Assembly: GCA_965204725.1 (NCBI GenBank)
Contig: OZ242005.1
Coordinates: 4,960,001 to 5,024,000 of the forward strand
From: Candidatus Latescibacterota bacterium
GTDB lineage: Bacteria; Latescibacterota; UBA2968; UBA8231
DNA: 64,000 nucleotides
Reading direction: 5' to 3'
The first letter of the stretch is position 1. The number at the start of each line of letters is the position of its first letter. A program made the translations under genes and the position numbers. This document shows positions 1 to 9,479 of the stretch, one piece after another. The notes under the pieces were generated by a model that made no database searches, had not been told where the DNA came from, and saw only the letters and a program-made list of their open reading frames with translations.

Positions 1-277
1 AAGAATAAAATAAGCCAAAAAACGCAATTAATTACGCAATTAGGCGCAATTCATTTTATAAGTATATGTTTATTATAATTTTATGTTCATACATTTGTGC
101 CAGCATTTATTGCTTATACCGCAATAAGTCACAATTCATCTGGCATAAAATACGAGCAGCGGCGCAAGGGCAAGGCGTGGGATAGCTTACTTGTCACTCA
201 TCCTCCTTGCACCGACCCCCCGCGTCGTTAATTTAGCCTGAAAGTGGAATCGTGGATTTCGGAAAGCGAGTTTGAGC

Positions 278-859
278 ATGGTCACTCAACAAAAAATTGC
301 TGAATTCAGCGGCGAAACGGTCCGCAACGTCGCCGGAACATTGATCTGGTTGGCGCGGCCTCCTGAGCAATCGGAAGTACTAAGCAGGAACGGGCTCGCA
401 GACCTGCTCGCGAACGAGGACATAGACAAAGACAAAGTACAAGGCGCAATAAAGCTATTAACCGCTAGCTTTCATAACCGCCACGATGCCGTAGTTGATG
501 TCTGCACCGCCTTTCAGGAGCGACTCCAGAAAGCGGTTGAAGATTTTCCTTTAGGCAGCGAAATGGACCCTGACGACATCGCGGTCCCTGAATTGGAGAA
601 AAGCGAGGAACACTTCCGCAAGGAAAGGGAAGAACTGCGCGATATTCGGGCCGCCTTGCAGCGGACAGGGGGCGCAAAAGCATACGGTGCTGAGGTATTC
701 GCAGCATTGGGACGCTTGGACGAGCTGTTTGAATACCTCGTTGCGTCGTTCCAAGAGCTTCGCTGGACTATAATGATCCACGACGGGGCACTCGCTCCAA
801 GCACAGGCGGAACATGCGTCAGCGGAGCAGAATTTATGGCGTCAATGGAAAACTCATAG
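278..859 (+). CDS. Hypothetical helical protein, possibly antitoxin-like
   Basis: About 193-aa ORF (ATG 278), lower GC than neighbours; followed 3 nt later by a short ORF; no recognisable catalytic motif. Confidence 0.6.
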   Translation: MVTQQKIAEFSGETVRNVAGTLIWLARPPEQSEVLSRNGLADLLANEDIDKDKVQGAIKLLTASFHNRHDAVVDVCTAFQERLQKAVEDFPLGSEMDPDDIAVPELEKSEEHFRKEREELRDIRAALQRTGGAKAYGAEVFAALGRLDELFEYLVASFQELRWTIMIHDGALAPSTGGTCVSGAEFMASMENS

Positions 860-979
860 GCCATGCCCCCACGACAGGTGCGAATTACCGGGTTTGAAAC
901 GCCGAGTCGCAAGTTTGCTAAGTCGCCGCGGTTGCATTTTTGCCGGGGCGTGTAGATTGTATAGGTAGAGGATAAACGG

Positions 980-1603
980 ATGATACAGCGCGGATACATA
1001 CTCCTCCACCTCGTCTGGATCGGCTTGCTGCTGGCGAGCGGTGCCGAGGCGGTGCGCATCCAAGACGCCGTGCCCGAGGAGGCGCCAAAGCGGCCGCACG
1101 ACGGCTACTATGCTGCGGTAGGCTTGGGTTTTATCAACTTGGATCATCGCGGCGCGGGGGTGCGCGTTCCCTTGGGGTTTAGGGCGGTGTTCAACCGCTT
1201 GCGCCTCATCTGCTCGGTCAATGTGCTCGATGTGAGCTTCCACGAAGGGGACGACTACGACCCGCGTTACACCCGGCCTTTTCCCTCCTCCACGGCCTGC
1301 TTCGATTCGCGGACCGGCTACCGCGTGGCGGCCTACCGCTGCTCGGGCGGCACGGATTGGCTCCGCTCGCTCAGTGCGGATCTGGCCTATATCGTCCTCG
1401 ACGAAGTGTGGATTGCCGGCCGACCGGGCAAGCTGTTCGCCGGGTTGGGCTATCGGCACCTAGATCCAGCGACGGCGTACGGAACCTTGGGGTTGTTTTT
1501 CGATGCTCCGGGCCAGACCGTCGGCAGTTTCAAGGTCCTAGTCGGCCGGGGCTATGTCACTTTGGGCCTGCTGTGGGGCTTTGATTTGCGCCGCGTCTTT
1601 TAG
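980..1603 (+). CDS. Hypothetical exported/outer-membrane protein
   Basis: RBS-like GAGGA, hydrophobic signal peptide (…ASGAEA), beta-strand-like C-terminus ending in F. Confidence 0.6.
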   Translation: MIQRGYILLHLVWIGLLLASGAEAVRIQDAVPEEAPKRPHDGYYAAVGLGFINLDHRGAGVRVPLGFRAVFNRLRLICSVNVLDVSFHEGDDYDPRYTRPFPSSTACFDSRTGYRVAAYRCSGGTDWLRSLSADLAYIVLDEVWIAGRPGKLFAGLGYRHLDPATAYGTLGLFFDAPGQTVGSFKVLVGRGYVTLGLLWGFDLRRVF

Positions 1604-1610
1604 AGGGCTT

Positions 1611-4160
1611 ATGACCGCTTGGGCCCTTTGCGCCGCCTTGGCGCTCGCGCCTGTGGGGGCAGCCGCGCAAACGCTACCCGCCGAAGTGCATCCGGGCCTG
1701 CTCTTTTCCGCCGCAGACATTCCCCTGCTCAAAGAGCGCGTCAAGCGCGAACCCTATGCCACGTGGTGGCAGACCGTGTTGCAGCGGGCGCGAACCGCCC
1801 CGGCGACCTTTGCCGACGAGCGCGCCGAGGTCCGCTACGCCAAGTCCCTCGCCTTTGCTTGGCTGATGACCGACAAGGCCGCGTTTGCCGAGCGCGCGTT
1901 GGCAGTGATGCAGGGGGTGGCGTTCCCACCGCGAGGAGGAGATTTGGGCGAACCGCACAACGAGGGCGAGGTCGTGGCCCAGTACGCCGTGGCGTACGAC
2001 ATCCTGCACCCTTATGCTGAGGCCAACGACCCACAGGCTCTGCAAGCGATGCGATCCATCCTCGGGGAGGAAGCCGACCGCCTGTGGAAGGGCATTGTGA
2101 TTGGCAGGGTGGGACTGGGGCTGTTCCCGGTCAAAATCCGCTTGCACGAGACCCCGCATCTCGACAACTGGCACATCCGGGCGTACAGCGGCCTCGGGCT
2201 AGCGGCCTTGGCCTTGAGCGAGTATAACAACGGCGAAGGTACGCCGCAGGAATGGGCTGACCGCGCCTTTGAGATGGTCACCAGCAGCCTCGATTTCCAA
2301 ATTGAAGAACGGGACGGGGGATACGCGGAGGGGCCGTTCTACAGCCGCTACGCCGCGGATGTCTATCTGCCCTACTTGTTCGCGCTCAAGAACCGCACCG
2401 GCTTGGACCTGTTTGCCGATCCCAAGATCGAGAAGATGCACGATTGGTCCCTGAACCTGCGGTTGCCCAATGGCCAGCGACCCAACATCGACGACGGCCA
2501 CCTAGACGATTTCTACGGTCATTACCTAGCGGCTGTGCAAGCCAACGGCGGGGTCCATCGCTGGGATTGGGAGAACAACGAGCGCGGCCTGTACGTGCGC
2601 CAATTTGCCGAGATGGACGCCATCGCCCTGTACGACGACAGCGTGCCCGCGCAAGAGCCGACGCACGGCCCGTCGGTTTTTATGCCGGGGGCTGGAGACG
2701 CCGTCTTCCGCAGCGACTGGTCGGCCGCAGCCACCTACATGCTCTTGCGCGGCGAAAACGGTCCGGCCCGCGAGCACGGCTTCTCACACGAACACCCCGA
2801 CGGGACCAGCTTTGTGCTCTACGCCGCCGGCGAGATGCTGGCCTTGGACGCGGGGTATATCAATTTTGACAACCACGACAAGGTCAACAAAGGCCGTGAT
2901 CACAACGTAGTGCTGATTGATGGCAATGGGCCGCCGCGCCGGATCTTGCCCGTGTTGGAGACCGTCGGCGACCGCAACGACGCCTTTATCGAGGCATTCT
3001 TCACGAGTACCGCTGGCGACTACGCGGAAGTCCGCACGGCCTACCGAGGGGTTGAGCTGAGGCGGCGCGTCTTTTTTGCCGACCACCGCTACTTCCTCGT
3101 AGCCGACGAAATCGACGACCCGGGCCGGCGCCACGCCTACGAATGGCGGCTGCACGGCAACGGCGGCGGCACCAGCGGCGGCGCATATACCCGTGCGGGC
3201 AACTTGGCGCGTTGGACGCGGGCAAAGGCCGAGTTGCTGGCGTTTTTGCCCGACCGGGCCGGCCGAGTCGCGCTCGAGAGCGAGGCGATCCACTCCTTTG
3301 CTTATCGCCAAGAGCAGACCCACGCGGTGTTGCGGGTGCAGCAAGAGGGCGTCAACGGGCGGTATCTAGCGGTGCTGTATCCGCGGGCGATTGGGGAGGC
3401 CGAGCCGGCGTTTGCGACCGCATCCGCGCAAGGGGCCGAGGCGGCCGTAGTAGCGTTGGCCGGGGTGCGAGACCTAGCGTGGCTCCGCAACGGCAATGCG
3501 TCCGAGGCCGCTGTATCCGGCCCGGACGCCCGCTTGGTCAGCGACGCCCGCTTAGGCTATGTCCGCTATGTCGATGGGCAACTCGCCCGCTTTGCAGCCC
3601 AAGACGCGACCTACCTTTTGGCCGACGGAGAGACGGTCTTCCGCGCCAGCGAGGTGATAGACGTGAGCATGGAGCGAGACACCCTTACGGGCTTCGTGCG
3701 CGGCCCCAGCGCGGGCTATCAGCTAAAAATGCCCCATGCTGGAAACGAGTGGACCGCGGCTCGCTTCCTCGGCGGCGCGTGGCAAGGCACAGCCGTAGAA
3801 GGCGACCTGCTCGTGCTGGAGCTAGCCGGCGAGGGGACGCTCGCGCTGCGGTCGGACCTGCACGTCGAAGCGCGCAAGGGGCCGCGGCCGCGGCCCGATC
3901 GCTACGCCTTGCATCCAAACGCACCCAACCCGTTCAATCCGACGACCAAAATCCGCTTTGACTTGCCCACTTTGAGCGCGGTACAACTAACGGTGTACAA
4001 TGTCTTGGGGCAGGAAGTCGAGCGGCTGGTGGAAGGGCCGATGCGGTCGGGGCGGCACGAGGTGGAGTGGGACGCGGCCGGCCACCGAAGCGGCCTCTAC
4101 TTCTACGCGCTCAAAGCCGGTTCCTACCGCGCACAGCGCAAGATGATTCTGCTGCGCTGA
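1611..4160 (+). CDS. Secreted heparinase II/III-like polysaccharide lyase with T9SS/FlgD-like C-terminal sorting domain
   Basis: Signal peptide, HPGLLF, GGYAEGPFYS, HEHPD…SF…DAGY, HNVVLIDG motifs; C-terminal NAPNPFNPTTKIRF…VYNVLGQEV…SGLYFY…KMILLR. Confidence 0.8.
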   Translation: MTAWALCAALALAPVGAAAQTLPAEVHPGLLFSAADIPLLKERVKREPYATWWQTVLQRARTAPATFADERAEVRYAKSLAFAWLMTDKAAFAERALAVMQGVAFPPRGGDLGEPHNEGEVVAQYAVAYDILHPYAEANDPQALQAMRSILGEEADRLWKGIVIGRVGLGLFPVKIRLHETPHLDNWHIRAYSGLGLAALALSEYNNGEGTPQEWADRAFEMVTSSLDFQIEERDGGYAEGPFYSRYAADVYLPYLFALKNRTGLDLFADPKIEKMHDWSLNLRLPNGQRPNIDDGHLDDFYGHYLAAVQANGGVHRWDWENNERGLYVRQFAEMDAIALYDDSVPAQEPTHGPSVFMPGAGDAVFRSDWSAAATYMLLRGENGPAREHGFSHEHPDGTSFVLYAAGEMLALDAGYINFDNHDKVNKGRDHNVVLIDGNGPPRRILPVLETVGDRNDAFIEAFFTSTAGDYAEVRTAYRGVELRRRVFFADHRYFLVADEIDDPGRRHAYEWRLHGNGGGTSGGAYTRAGNLARWTRAKAELLAFLPDRAGRVALESEAIHSFAYRQEQTHAVLRVQQEGVNGRYLAVLYPRAIGEAEPAFATASAQGAEAAVVALAGVRDLAWLRNGNASEAAVSGPDARLVSDARLGYVRYVDGQLARFAAQDATYLLADGETVFRASEVIDVSMERDTLTGFVRGPSAGYQLKMPHAGNEWTAARFLGGAWQGTAVEGDLLVLELAGEGTLALRSDLHVEARKGPRPRPDRYALHPNAPNPFNPTTKIRFDLPTLSAVQLTVYNVLGQEVERLVEGPMRSGRHEVEWDAAGHRSGLYFYALKAGSYRAQRKMILLR

Positions 4161-4287
4161 CTACTTCTACTTAGACATGGGATTCCTTTTGGCGTGGTGA
4201 GTTGGATTTGTCCCGATTGCGGCCAGCCTCTATCTTTTTTGCGATGTTAAGGCCGTTGTCAGCGATGTCAACACAGGAGATTTTGCT

Positions 4288-4581
4288 ATGAAATCGGCAC
4301 TTGAACTGGCCATGGAAAAGGCCGACGAGGCAGTCGGGGGCGCAGAGGGGATTAAGCTGACAGACGAGCAGAAAGAGGCCATAGACCAAGTGCGCAAGCA
4401 GTACGAGGCCAAGTGGGCCGAGCAAGAAATCGCGCTCAAGGGGCAGCTAGAGCAGGCCCCGAGCGCAGACCCGCAGGCCCTCGGCGAAGCGCGACGCCAA
4501 GTGCAGGATCAAATGAGCAAAATTCGCAACCAACTCTTTGCCGAGCGCGACGCCAAGATCGAGGCGATTCGCAACCAGTAG
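4288..4581 (+). CDS. Small coiled-coil hypothetical protein
   Basis: AGGAG RBS, 97-aa charged helical ORF (MKSALELAMEK), 12 nt upstream of next gene. Confidence 0.75.
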   Translation: MKSALELAMEKADEAVGGAEGIKLTDEQKEAIDQVRKQYEAKWAEQEIALKGQLEQAPSADPQALGEARRQVQDQMSKIRNQLFAERDAKIEAIRNQ

Positions 4582-4593
4582 GGTGCGACAACT

Positions 4594-6273
4594 ATGCAGC
4601 CGAACTACGAAGTCGATATGAGATTGAATGTCCCAACGCGCATGCGGGACGGCGTCGATCTTTCTTCCGACCTCTATTTGCCGAGGGCATCGGGTACGTT
4701 CCCCACCGTGTTGATGCGGACGCCGTACGACAACAACGCGCCGCCCATGATCGAGAAGGCCATGCGGCTCGCCAATAGCGGCTATGCCTGCGTCATCCAA
4801 GACGTGCGGGGGCGCTGGGACTCCGATGGCGTTCACTACGCGCTGTTCGACCACGGCCCAGACGGTTTTGATACGCAGGAATGGATTGGTCAGCAGGAGT
4901 GGAGCAACGGCAAAATCGGCATGGCCGGCGGCTCGTACCTCGGCTGGGTGCAGTGGCAGAGCGCGCCGCACCGCAGCCAGTCCCTGACGTGCATGGCACC
5001 AAGGGTCATGTGCGGCGATTTGTACTCGGGTCTAATTCACCCCGGCGGGGCGTTCCAGCTCAACGTCGCCCTGACGTGGGGGATGCGGACCAATGGCCGG
5101 ACCGCTCAGAGCATCGAGTACCACAACTGGACGGAGGCCTTTCGCTCTATCCCGCTCATCGACATGGACCAACAGGCTGGCCGGACGCTGCGGTTTTGGC
5201 GGGATTGGGTAACGCACACTGAATACGATTCCTACTGGGACTCGGTCAACGTCGAAAACAAGTGGGGCGAAATCGCCGCTCCCGCGCTGATAATGGGAGG
5301 CTGGTACGACCTCTACTCCCACAACACCTTTATCAACTTCAATGGTCTAAGGCTACACGGGCGGACCCCCGAAGCGAGGCAAAGCCAACTCATCGTCGGT
5401 CCTTGGCCCCACGCGCTCAGTGTTTCTACCAAGACCGGCGACATCGACTTTGGCGCGAACTCGCTGTACGACTTGGAGGCGTTGGAGTTGCGTTGGTTTG
5501 ATTATTGGCTGAAGGGCCGCGACAACGGCATCGCTGGCGAGGCCCCGCTGCGGCTGTTCATAATGGGCGTCAATGAATGGCGCGACGAGTGCGAATGGCC
5601 GCTGGCTAGGACCGACTGGCAAAAGTGGTATCTACACTCGTCCGGCAACGCCAACACGCTGTTGGGCGATGGACAGCTATCGCCGGCTGAGCCGGGCGAC
5701 GAGCCGGCCGATCACTTCGCGTACGATCCCGATTTTCCCGTGCAGACCGTGGGCGGAAACAACTGTTGCTCGCCCCACATTGTGCCTTGGGGGCCATACG
5801 ACCAGCGCGGTGTGGAGATGAGAGCCGACGTGCTGTGTTACACCAGCGAGCCTTTGGCCGCCGACCTCGAAGTGACGGGGCCGATCAAGGTGGTTCTATA
5901 CGCAGCTACCGACGGACTAGATACCGACTGGACCGCCAAGCTAGTGGATGTGTCAGTTAGCGGGTACGCCAAGAACCTCTGCGATGGCATCGTCCGGGCG
6001 CGCTATCGCGAGGGCTTCGCCGCGCCCAAGTTGCTCCAGCCGAACCAAACGTACCAGTATGAGATTGATCTCGCCGTCACCGGCAATGTCTTCAAGAAGG
6101 GGCACCGCATCAGAATCGAAGTGTCCTCCTCTAATTTTCCGCGCTTCGACCGAAACCACAACACCGGCAACGAACTCGGCACGGACACGGCCATGCGAAG
6201 GGCGCAGCAGGCGGTGCAACACTCCCGGACGCATCCGTCGCACGTGCTTTTGCCAGTGATTCCGCCCCCGTAG
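4594..6273 (+). CDS. CocE/NonD family hydrolase (peptidase S15)
   Basis: RTPY, QDVRGRWDSDG, nucleophile GGSYLG, GGWYD, GPWPH, C-terminal SSSNFPRFDRN. Confidence 0.92.
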   Translation: MQPNYEVDMRLNVPTRMRDGVDLSSDLYLPRASGTFPTVLMRTPYDNNAPPMIEKAMRLANSGYACVIQDVRGRWDSDGVHYALFDHGPDGFDTQEWIGQQEWSNGKIGMAGGSYLGWVQWQSAPHRSQSLTCMAPRVMCGDLYSGLIHPGGAFQLNVALTWGMRTNGRTAQSIEYHNWTEAFRSIPLIDMDQQAGRTLRFWRDWVTHTEYDSYWDSVNVENKWGEIAAPALIMGGWYDLYSHNTFINFNGLRLHGRTPEARQSQLIVGPWPHALSVSTKTGDIDFGANSLYDLEALELRWFDYWLKGRDNGIAGEAPLRLFIMGVNEWRDECEWPLARTDWQKWYLHSSGNANTLLGDGQLSPAEPGDEPADHFAYDPDFPVQTVGGNNCCSPHIVPWGPYDQRGVEMRADVLCYTSEPLAADLEVTGPIKVVLYAATDGLDTDWTAKLVDVSVSGYAKNLCDGIVRARYREGFAAPKLLQPNQTYQYEIDLAVTGNVFKKGHRIRIEVSSSNFPRFDRNHNTGNELGTDTAMRRAQQAVQHSRTHPSHVLLPVIPPP

Positions 6274-6313
6274 TGCGCCCTTCGCCGCCGTTATCGCCCG
6301 TAGCCTGAGTGAA

Positions 6314-6342
6314 TTGACAGTGCAAATAGTAGGGCCTACTAT
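6314..6342 (+). promoter_or_regulatory. Sigma70-type promoter with overlapping palindrome upstream of gltA
   Basis: TTGACA (6314-6319), 17 nt, TACTAT (6337-6342); ATAGTAGG-G-CCTACTAT inverted repeat at 6326-6342. Confidence 0.7.
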
Positions 6343-6420
6343 CTGATAAAAACAGCTCGGTCTCGTTTGCGGCGCGGCTTTGCGCCCCGGACGACCGGGG
6401 TACACGAAGGAGAACAGGAC

Positions 6421-7704
6421 ATGGCGGAAACTGCCCGCTTGCAGGCTGGGGATCAGGTCGCCGAACTGCCCATCGTCGTTGGCAGCGAGGGCGAAAAGGC
6501 AATCGACATTGCCAAATTGCGCGCCGAGACCGGGTATATCGCCCTAGACCCCGGCTACGGCAATACGGGTTCTTGCCAGAGCGATATCACCTTTATCGAC
6601 GGCGATGAGGGCATCTTGCGGTACCGGGGCTATGCCATTGAGGACTTGGCCGAGCACAGCCGCTTCATCGAGGTCGCTTATTTGCTGATCTGGGGCGAGT
6701 TGCCCAATGCCGCGCAGCTAGACGAGTTCAGTGCGCTGCTGACCAAGCACCAGATGCTGCGCGAGGAGCTAAAGCAACACTTCAGCCTCTTTCCACCCAA
6801 CTCCCCGCCGATGGCCGTATTGTCCTCGGTGCTCAATGCCTTGAGCTGCTACTACCCCGAGCTGTTGGAAATTCAGGACGAGGAGACCTTCATCGAAGCG
6901 TCTGCCCGCATCATGTCCAAGGTCCGCACCATTGCCGCCTATTCCCACCGCCAGCAGTTGGGGCACCACATCGAGTACCCGCACCCCAAGAAGCGGTACG
7001 CAGAGAATTTCCTGCACATGATGTTCAGCCAGCCGTACAACGAGTTTGAGGCAGACCCAGTGCTGATCGACGCGCTGGATTTGATTTTCCTCCTCCACGC
7101 CGACCACGAGCAGAATTGCAGCACCTCTACGGTGCGGATGGTCGGCAGCAGCGAGGCCAACCTCTTCGCCTCGGTGGCCGCGGGCGTCTCCGCCCTGTGG
7201 GGGCCGCTGCACGGCGGGGCGAATGTGGCGGTAGTCAATATGCTAGAAAAAATCCGCGACGAAGACGTCTCGGTCGGCGACTACGTCGCTCAGGTCAAGG
7301 ACAAGAAGGCCGGGATCCGCTTGATGGGGTTCGGGCATCGGGTGTACAAGAATTTTGACCCGCGCGCCAAGATCATCAAAAGGAGCTGCGAGAAAGTACT
7401 GGACAAGCTCCAAGTCAACGACCGCTTGCTCGACATAGCCAAAGAGCTGGAAGCCGTAGCACTGGGGGACGAGTACTTCATCCAACGCAAGCTCTATCCC
7501 AACGTAGATTTCTACAGCGGCGTCATTCTCCGCGCCCTCGGCATTCCCAAGGAGATGTTCACCGTGATCTTTGCCATCGGCCGCATGCCGGGATGGATCG
7601 CGCATTGGTACGAGGAGAGCAAGGCCACCAAAATCAGCCGTCCGCGCCAAGTGTACACTGGCTCGGTGCAGCGGAGCTATCGGCCCCTCGCCGAGCGGCC
7701 CTGA
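6421..7704 (+). CDS. gltA: Citrate synthase (type II)
   Basis: DPGYGNT, GILRYRGY, LHADHEQNCST, GPLHGGAN, LMGFGHRVYKNFDPRA, YPNVDFYSG; AGGA RBS before ATG 6421. Confidence 0.97.
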   Translation: MAETARLQAGDQVAELPIVVGSEGEKAIDIAKLRAETGYIALDPGYGNTGSCQSDITFIDGDEGILRYRGYAIEDLAEHSRFIEVAYLLIWGELPNAAQLDEFSALLTKHQMLREELKQHFSLFPPNSPPMAVLSSVLNALSCYYPELLEIQDEETFIEASARIMSKVRTIAAYSHRQQLGHHIEYPHPKKRYAENFLHMMFSQPYNEFEADPVLIDALDLIFLLHADHEQNCSTSTVRMVGSSEANLFASVAAGVSALWGPLHGGANVAVVNMLEKIRDEDVSVGDYVAQVKDKKAGIRLMGFGHRVYKNFDPRAKIIKRSCEKVLDKLQVNDRLLDIAKELEAVALGDEYFIQRKLYPNVDFYSGVILRALGIPKEMFTVIFAIGRMPGWIAHWYEESKATKISRPRQVYTGSVQRSYRPLAERP

Positions 7705-7752
7705 GCGCGGGCCAGCAATTAAATTTGTCTAAAGTTGAGAAAGGATTAGGGG

Positions 7753-8043
7753 ATGCAGCCCAGAATCAGTATGCGCCACGGCAAGATCTCAGAAGAAACC
7801 AAAGCGCACATTGCCAGTTCTTGTACCAAACTCGAAAACTACTTCGACCGCATCGTGGATTGCGAAGTCATCCTCGACAAGGAAAAGCGCGACAACAAGG
7901 TGGAAATTATCCTCAAGGTGCCGAACCGCACGTTTGCGGCCACCGGAGCGGCGGACAATCTGTACAAGGCCCTCGCCGAAGCCGAGTCCAAGATCGAAAG
8001 CCAGCTTAAAAAACACCACGACAAGCTGGTGTCCCACCACTGA
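7753..8043 (+). CDS. hpf: Ribosome hibernation promoting factor / RaiA family
   Basis: 96 aa, KLENYFDRIVDCEVIL…DNLYKAL…KIESQLKKHHDK S30AE pattern. Confidence 0.85.
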   Translation: MQPRISMRHGKISEETKAHIASSCTKLENYFDRIVDCEVILDKEKRDNKVEIILKVPNRTFAATGAADNLYKALAEAESKIESQLKKHHDKLVSHH

Positions 8044-8046
8044 TAA

Positions 8047-9195
8047 ATGATCGTTGGTATCGCACGAGAGACCTTCGCCGGTGAACATCGGGTCGCCTTG
8101 GTCCCGGAGGCTGTATCCGGGCTATCGGCCTGCAACGCAGACACCCTAATAGAGCCGGGTGCGGGCGTCGCGGCCGGCTATGCCGATGGGACCTATGCCG
8201 ACCGCGGCGCGGAGATCGCCGCCGATCGCGACGAGGTGTTTGCCCGCGCCGATGTGGTGCTACAGGTGCGTACCCTCGGCGCGAACCCGGAGGCCGGCCG
8301 CGCTGACTTGGCCCGAATTCGCGCCGGTCAAGTCCTCATCGGGGCCGCGGATCCGCTGACTGCTGGCCCGCAATTGTCTGCGCTGGCCGCTGCCGGAGCG
8401 ACCCTATTCGCCGTGGAACTGATTCCGCGCATTACCCGCGCCCAGAGCATGGACGTGCTCTCGTCTATGGCCACGATCGCCGGCTACAAAGCGGTGCTTT
8501 TGGCCGCTGCGGCCCTGCCGCGCATGTTTCCGCTGTTGATGACGGCTGCTGGCACGTTGACCCCAGCCCGAGTGCTGGTCGTAGGTGCTGGGGTCGCCGG
8601 CCTTCAGGCCATTGCCACTGCCCGCCGCCTAGGAGCGGTCCTGCGGGCATACGATGTGCGCCCAGCGGTCAAAGAACAGGTCGAGAGCCTCGGGGCCGAA
8701 TTCGTAGAGCTGGACATCGACGCGGGCGACTCCGAAGACGCGGGCGGGTACGCGCGGGCACAGGACGAGGTGTTCTACCGCCGCCAGCGCGAGGAGTTGG
8801 CCAAAGTCGCTGGCCAAAGCGACGTGATCATCACCACGGCCGCCATACCGGGCCAACCAGCCCCGCTGTTGATTACGGCCGCGGCTGTGCAGAACATGAC
8901 TCCGGGATCGGTCATCGTCGATTTGGTCGCTGAGCGCGGGGGCAACTGCGAGTTGACGCGCCTTGGCGAAACGGTCGTAGAGGACGGAGTACACATCATG
9001 GGGCCGCCCAATCTACCGGCGACCGTGCCGCACCACGCTAGCCAGATGTACTCGCACAATATAGCGACCTTCTTCCGGCACTTGGCCGGCGAGGGGGCGT
9101 TGCGATTCGACATGGAAGACGAGATCACGCGCGAGACCTTGGTCGTGCGCGATGGCCAAATAGTCCATCCGCGCATCCGCAAAGGAGCCTTATAG
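8047..9195 (+). CDS. pntA: NAD(P) transhydrogenase alpha subunit, domain I
   Basis: EHRVALVP, PRITRAQSMDVLSS, GAGVAGLQAIATA, DAGGYA. Confidence 0.95.
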   Translation: MIVGIARETFAGEHRVALVPEAVSGLSACNADTLIEPGAGVAAGYADGTYADRGAEIAADRDEVFARADVVLQVRTLGANPEAGRADLARIRAGQVLIGAADPLTAGPQLSALAAAGATLFAVELIPRITRAQSMDVLSSMATIAGYKAVLLAAAALPRMFPLLMTAAGTLTPARVLVVGAGVAGLQAIATARRLGAVLRAYDVRPAVKEQVESLGAEFVELDIDAGDSEDAGGYARAQDEVFYRRQREELAKVAGQSDVIITTAAIPGQPAPLLITAAAVQNMTPGSVIVDLVAERGGNCELTRLGETVVEDGVHIMGPPNLPATVPHHASQMYSHNIATFFRHLAGEGALRFDMEDEITRETLVVRDGQIVHPRIRKGAL

Positions 9196-9476
9196 TGGAT
9201 GTCCTAGTCGCCGCGCTGACGGTGTTTGCCCTAGCCGTCTTCGTCGGCTTTGAAATCATCACCAAAATTCCGCCGACCCTGCACACGCCGCTGATGTCTG
9301 GCTCCAACGCCATCTCCGGCATCACCCTGATCGGCGCCCTGCTCTCGGCCGGTTCCGAGCACTCGGCCTTGGCGACCTATTTGGGGTTGGCCGCTGTCGT
9401 CTGCGCCACGATCAACGTAGTCGGTGGGTTCATGGTGACGCACCGCATGTTGGGGATGTTTAGGAGGCGGGACTAG
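9195..9476 (+). CDS. pntA: NAD(P) transhydrogenase alpha subunit part 2 (membrane)
   Basis: PPTLHTPLMSGSNAISG, INVVGGFMVTHRML. Confidence 0.93.
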   Translation: MDVLVAALTVFALAVFVGFEIITKIPPTLHTPLMSGSNAISGITLIGALLSAGSEHSALATYLGLAAVVCATINVVGGFMVTHRMLGMFRRRD

Positions 9477-9479
9477 CGC

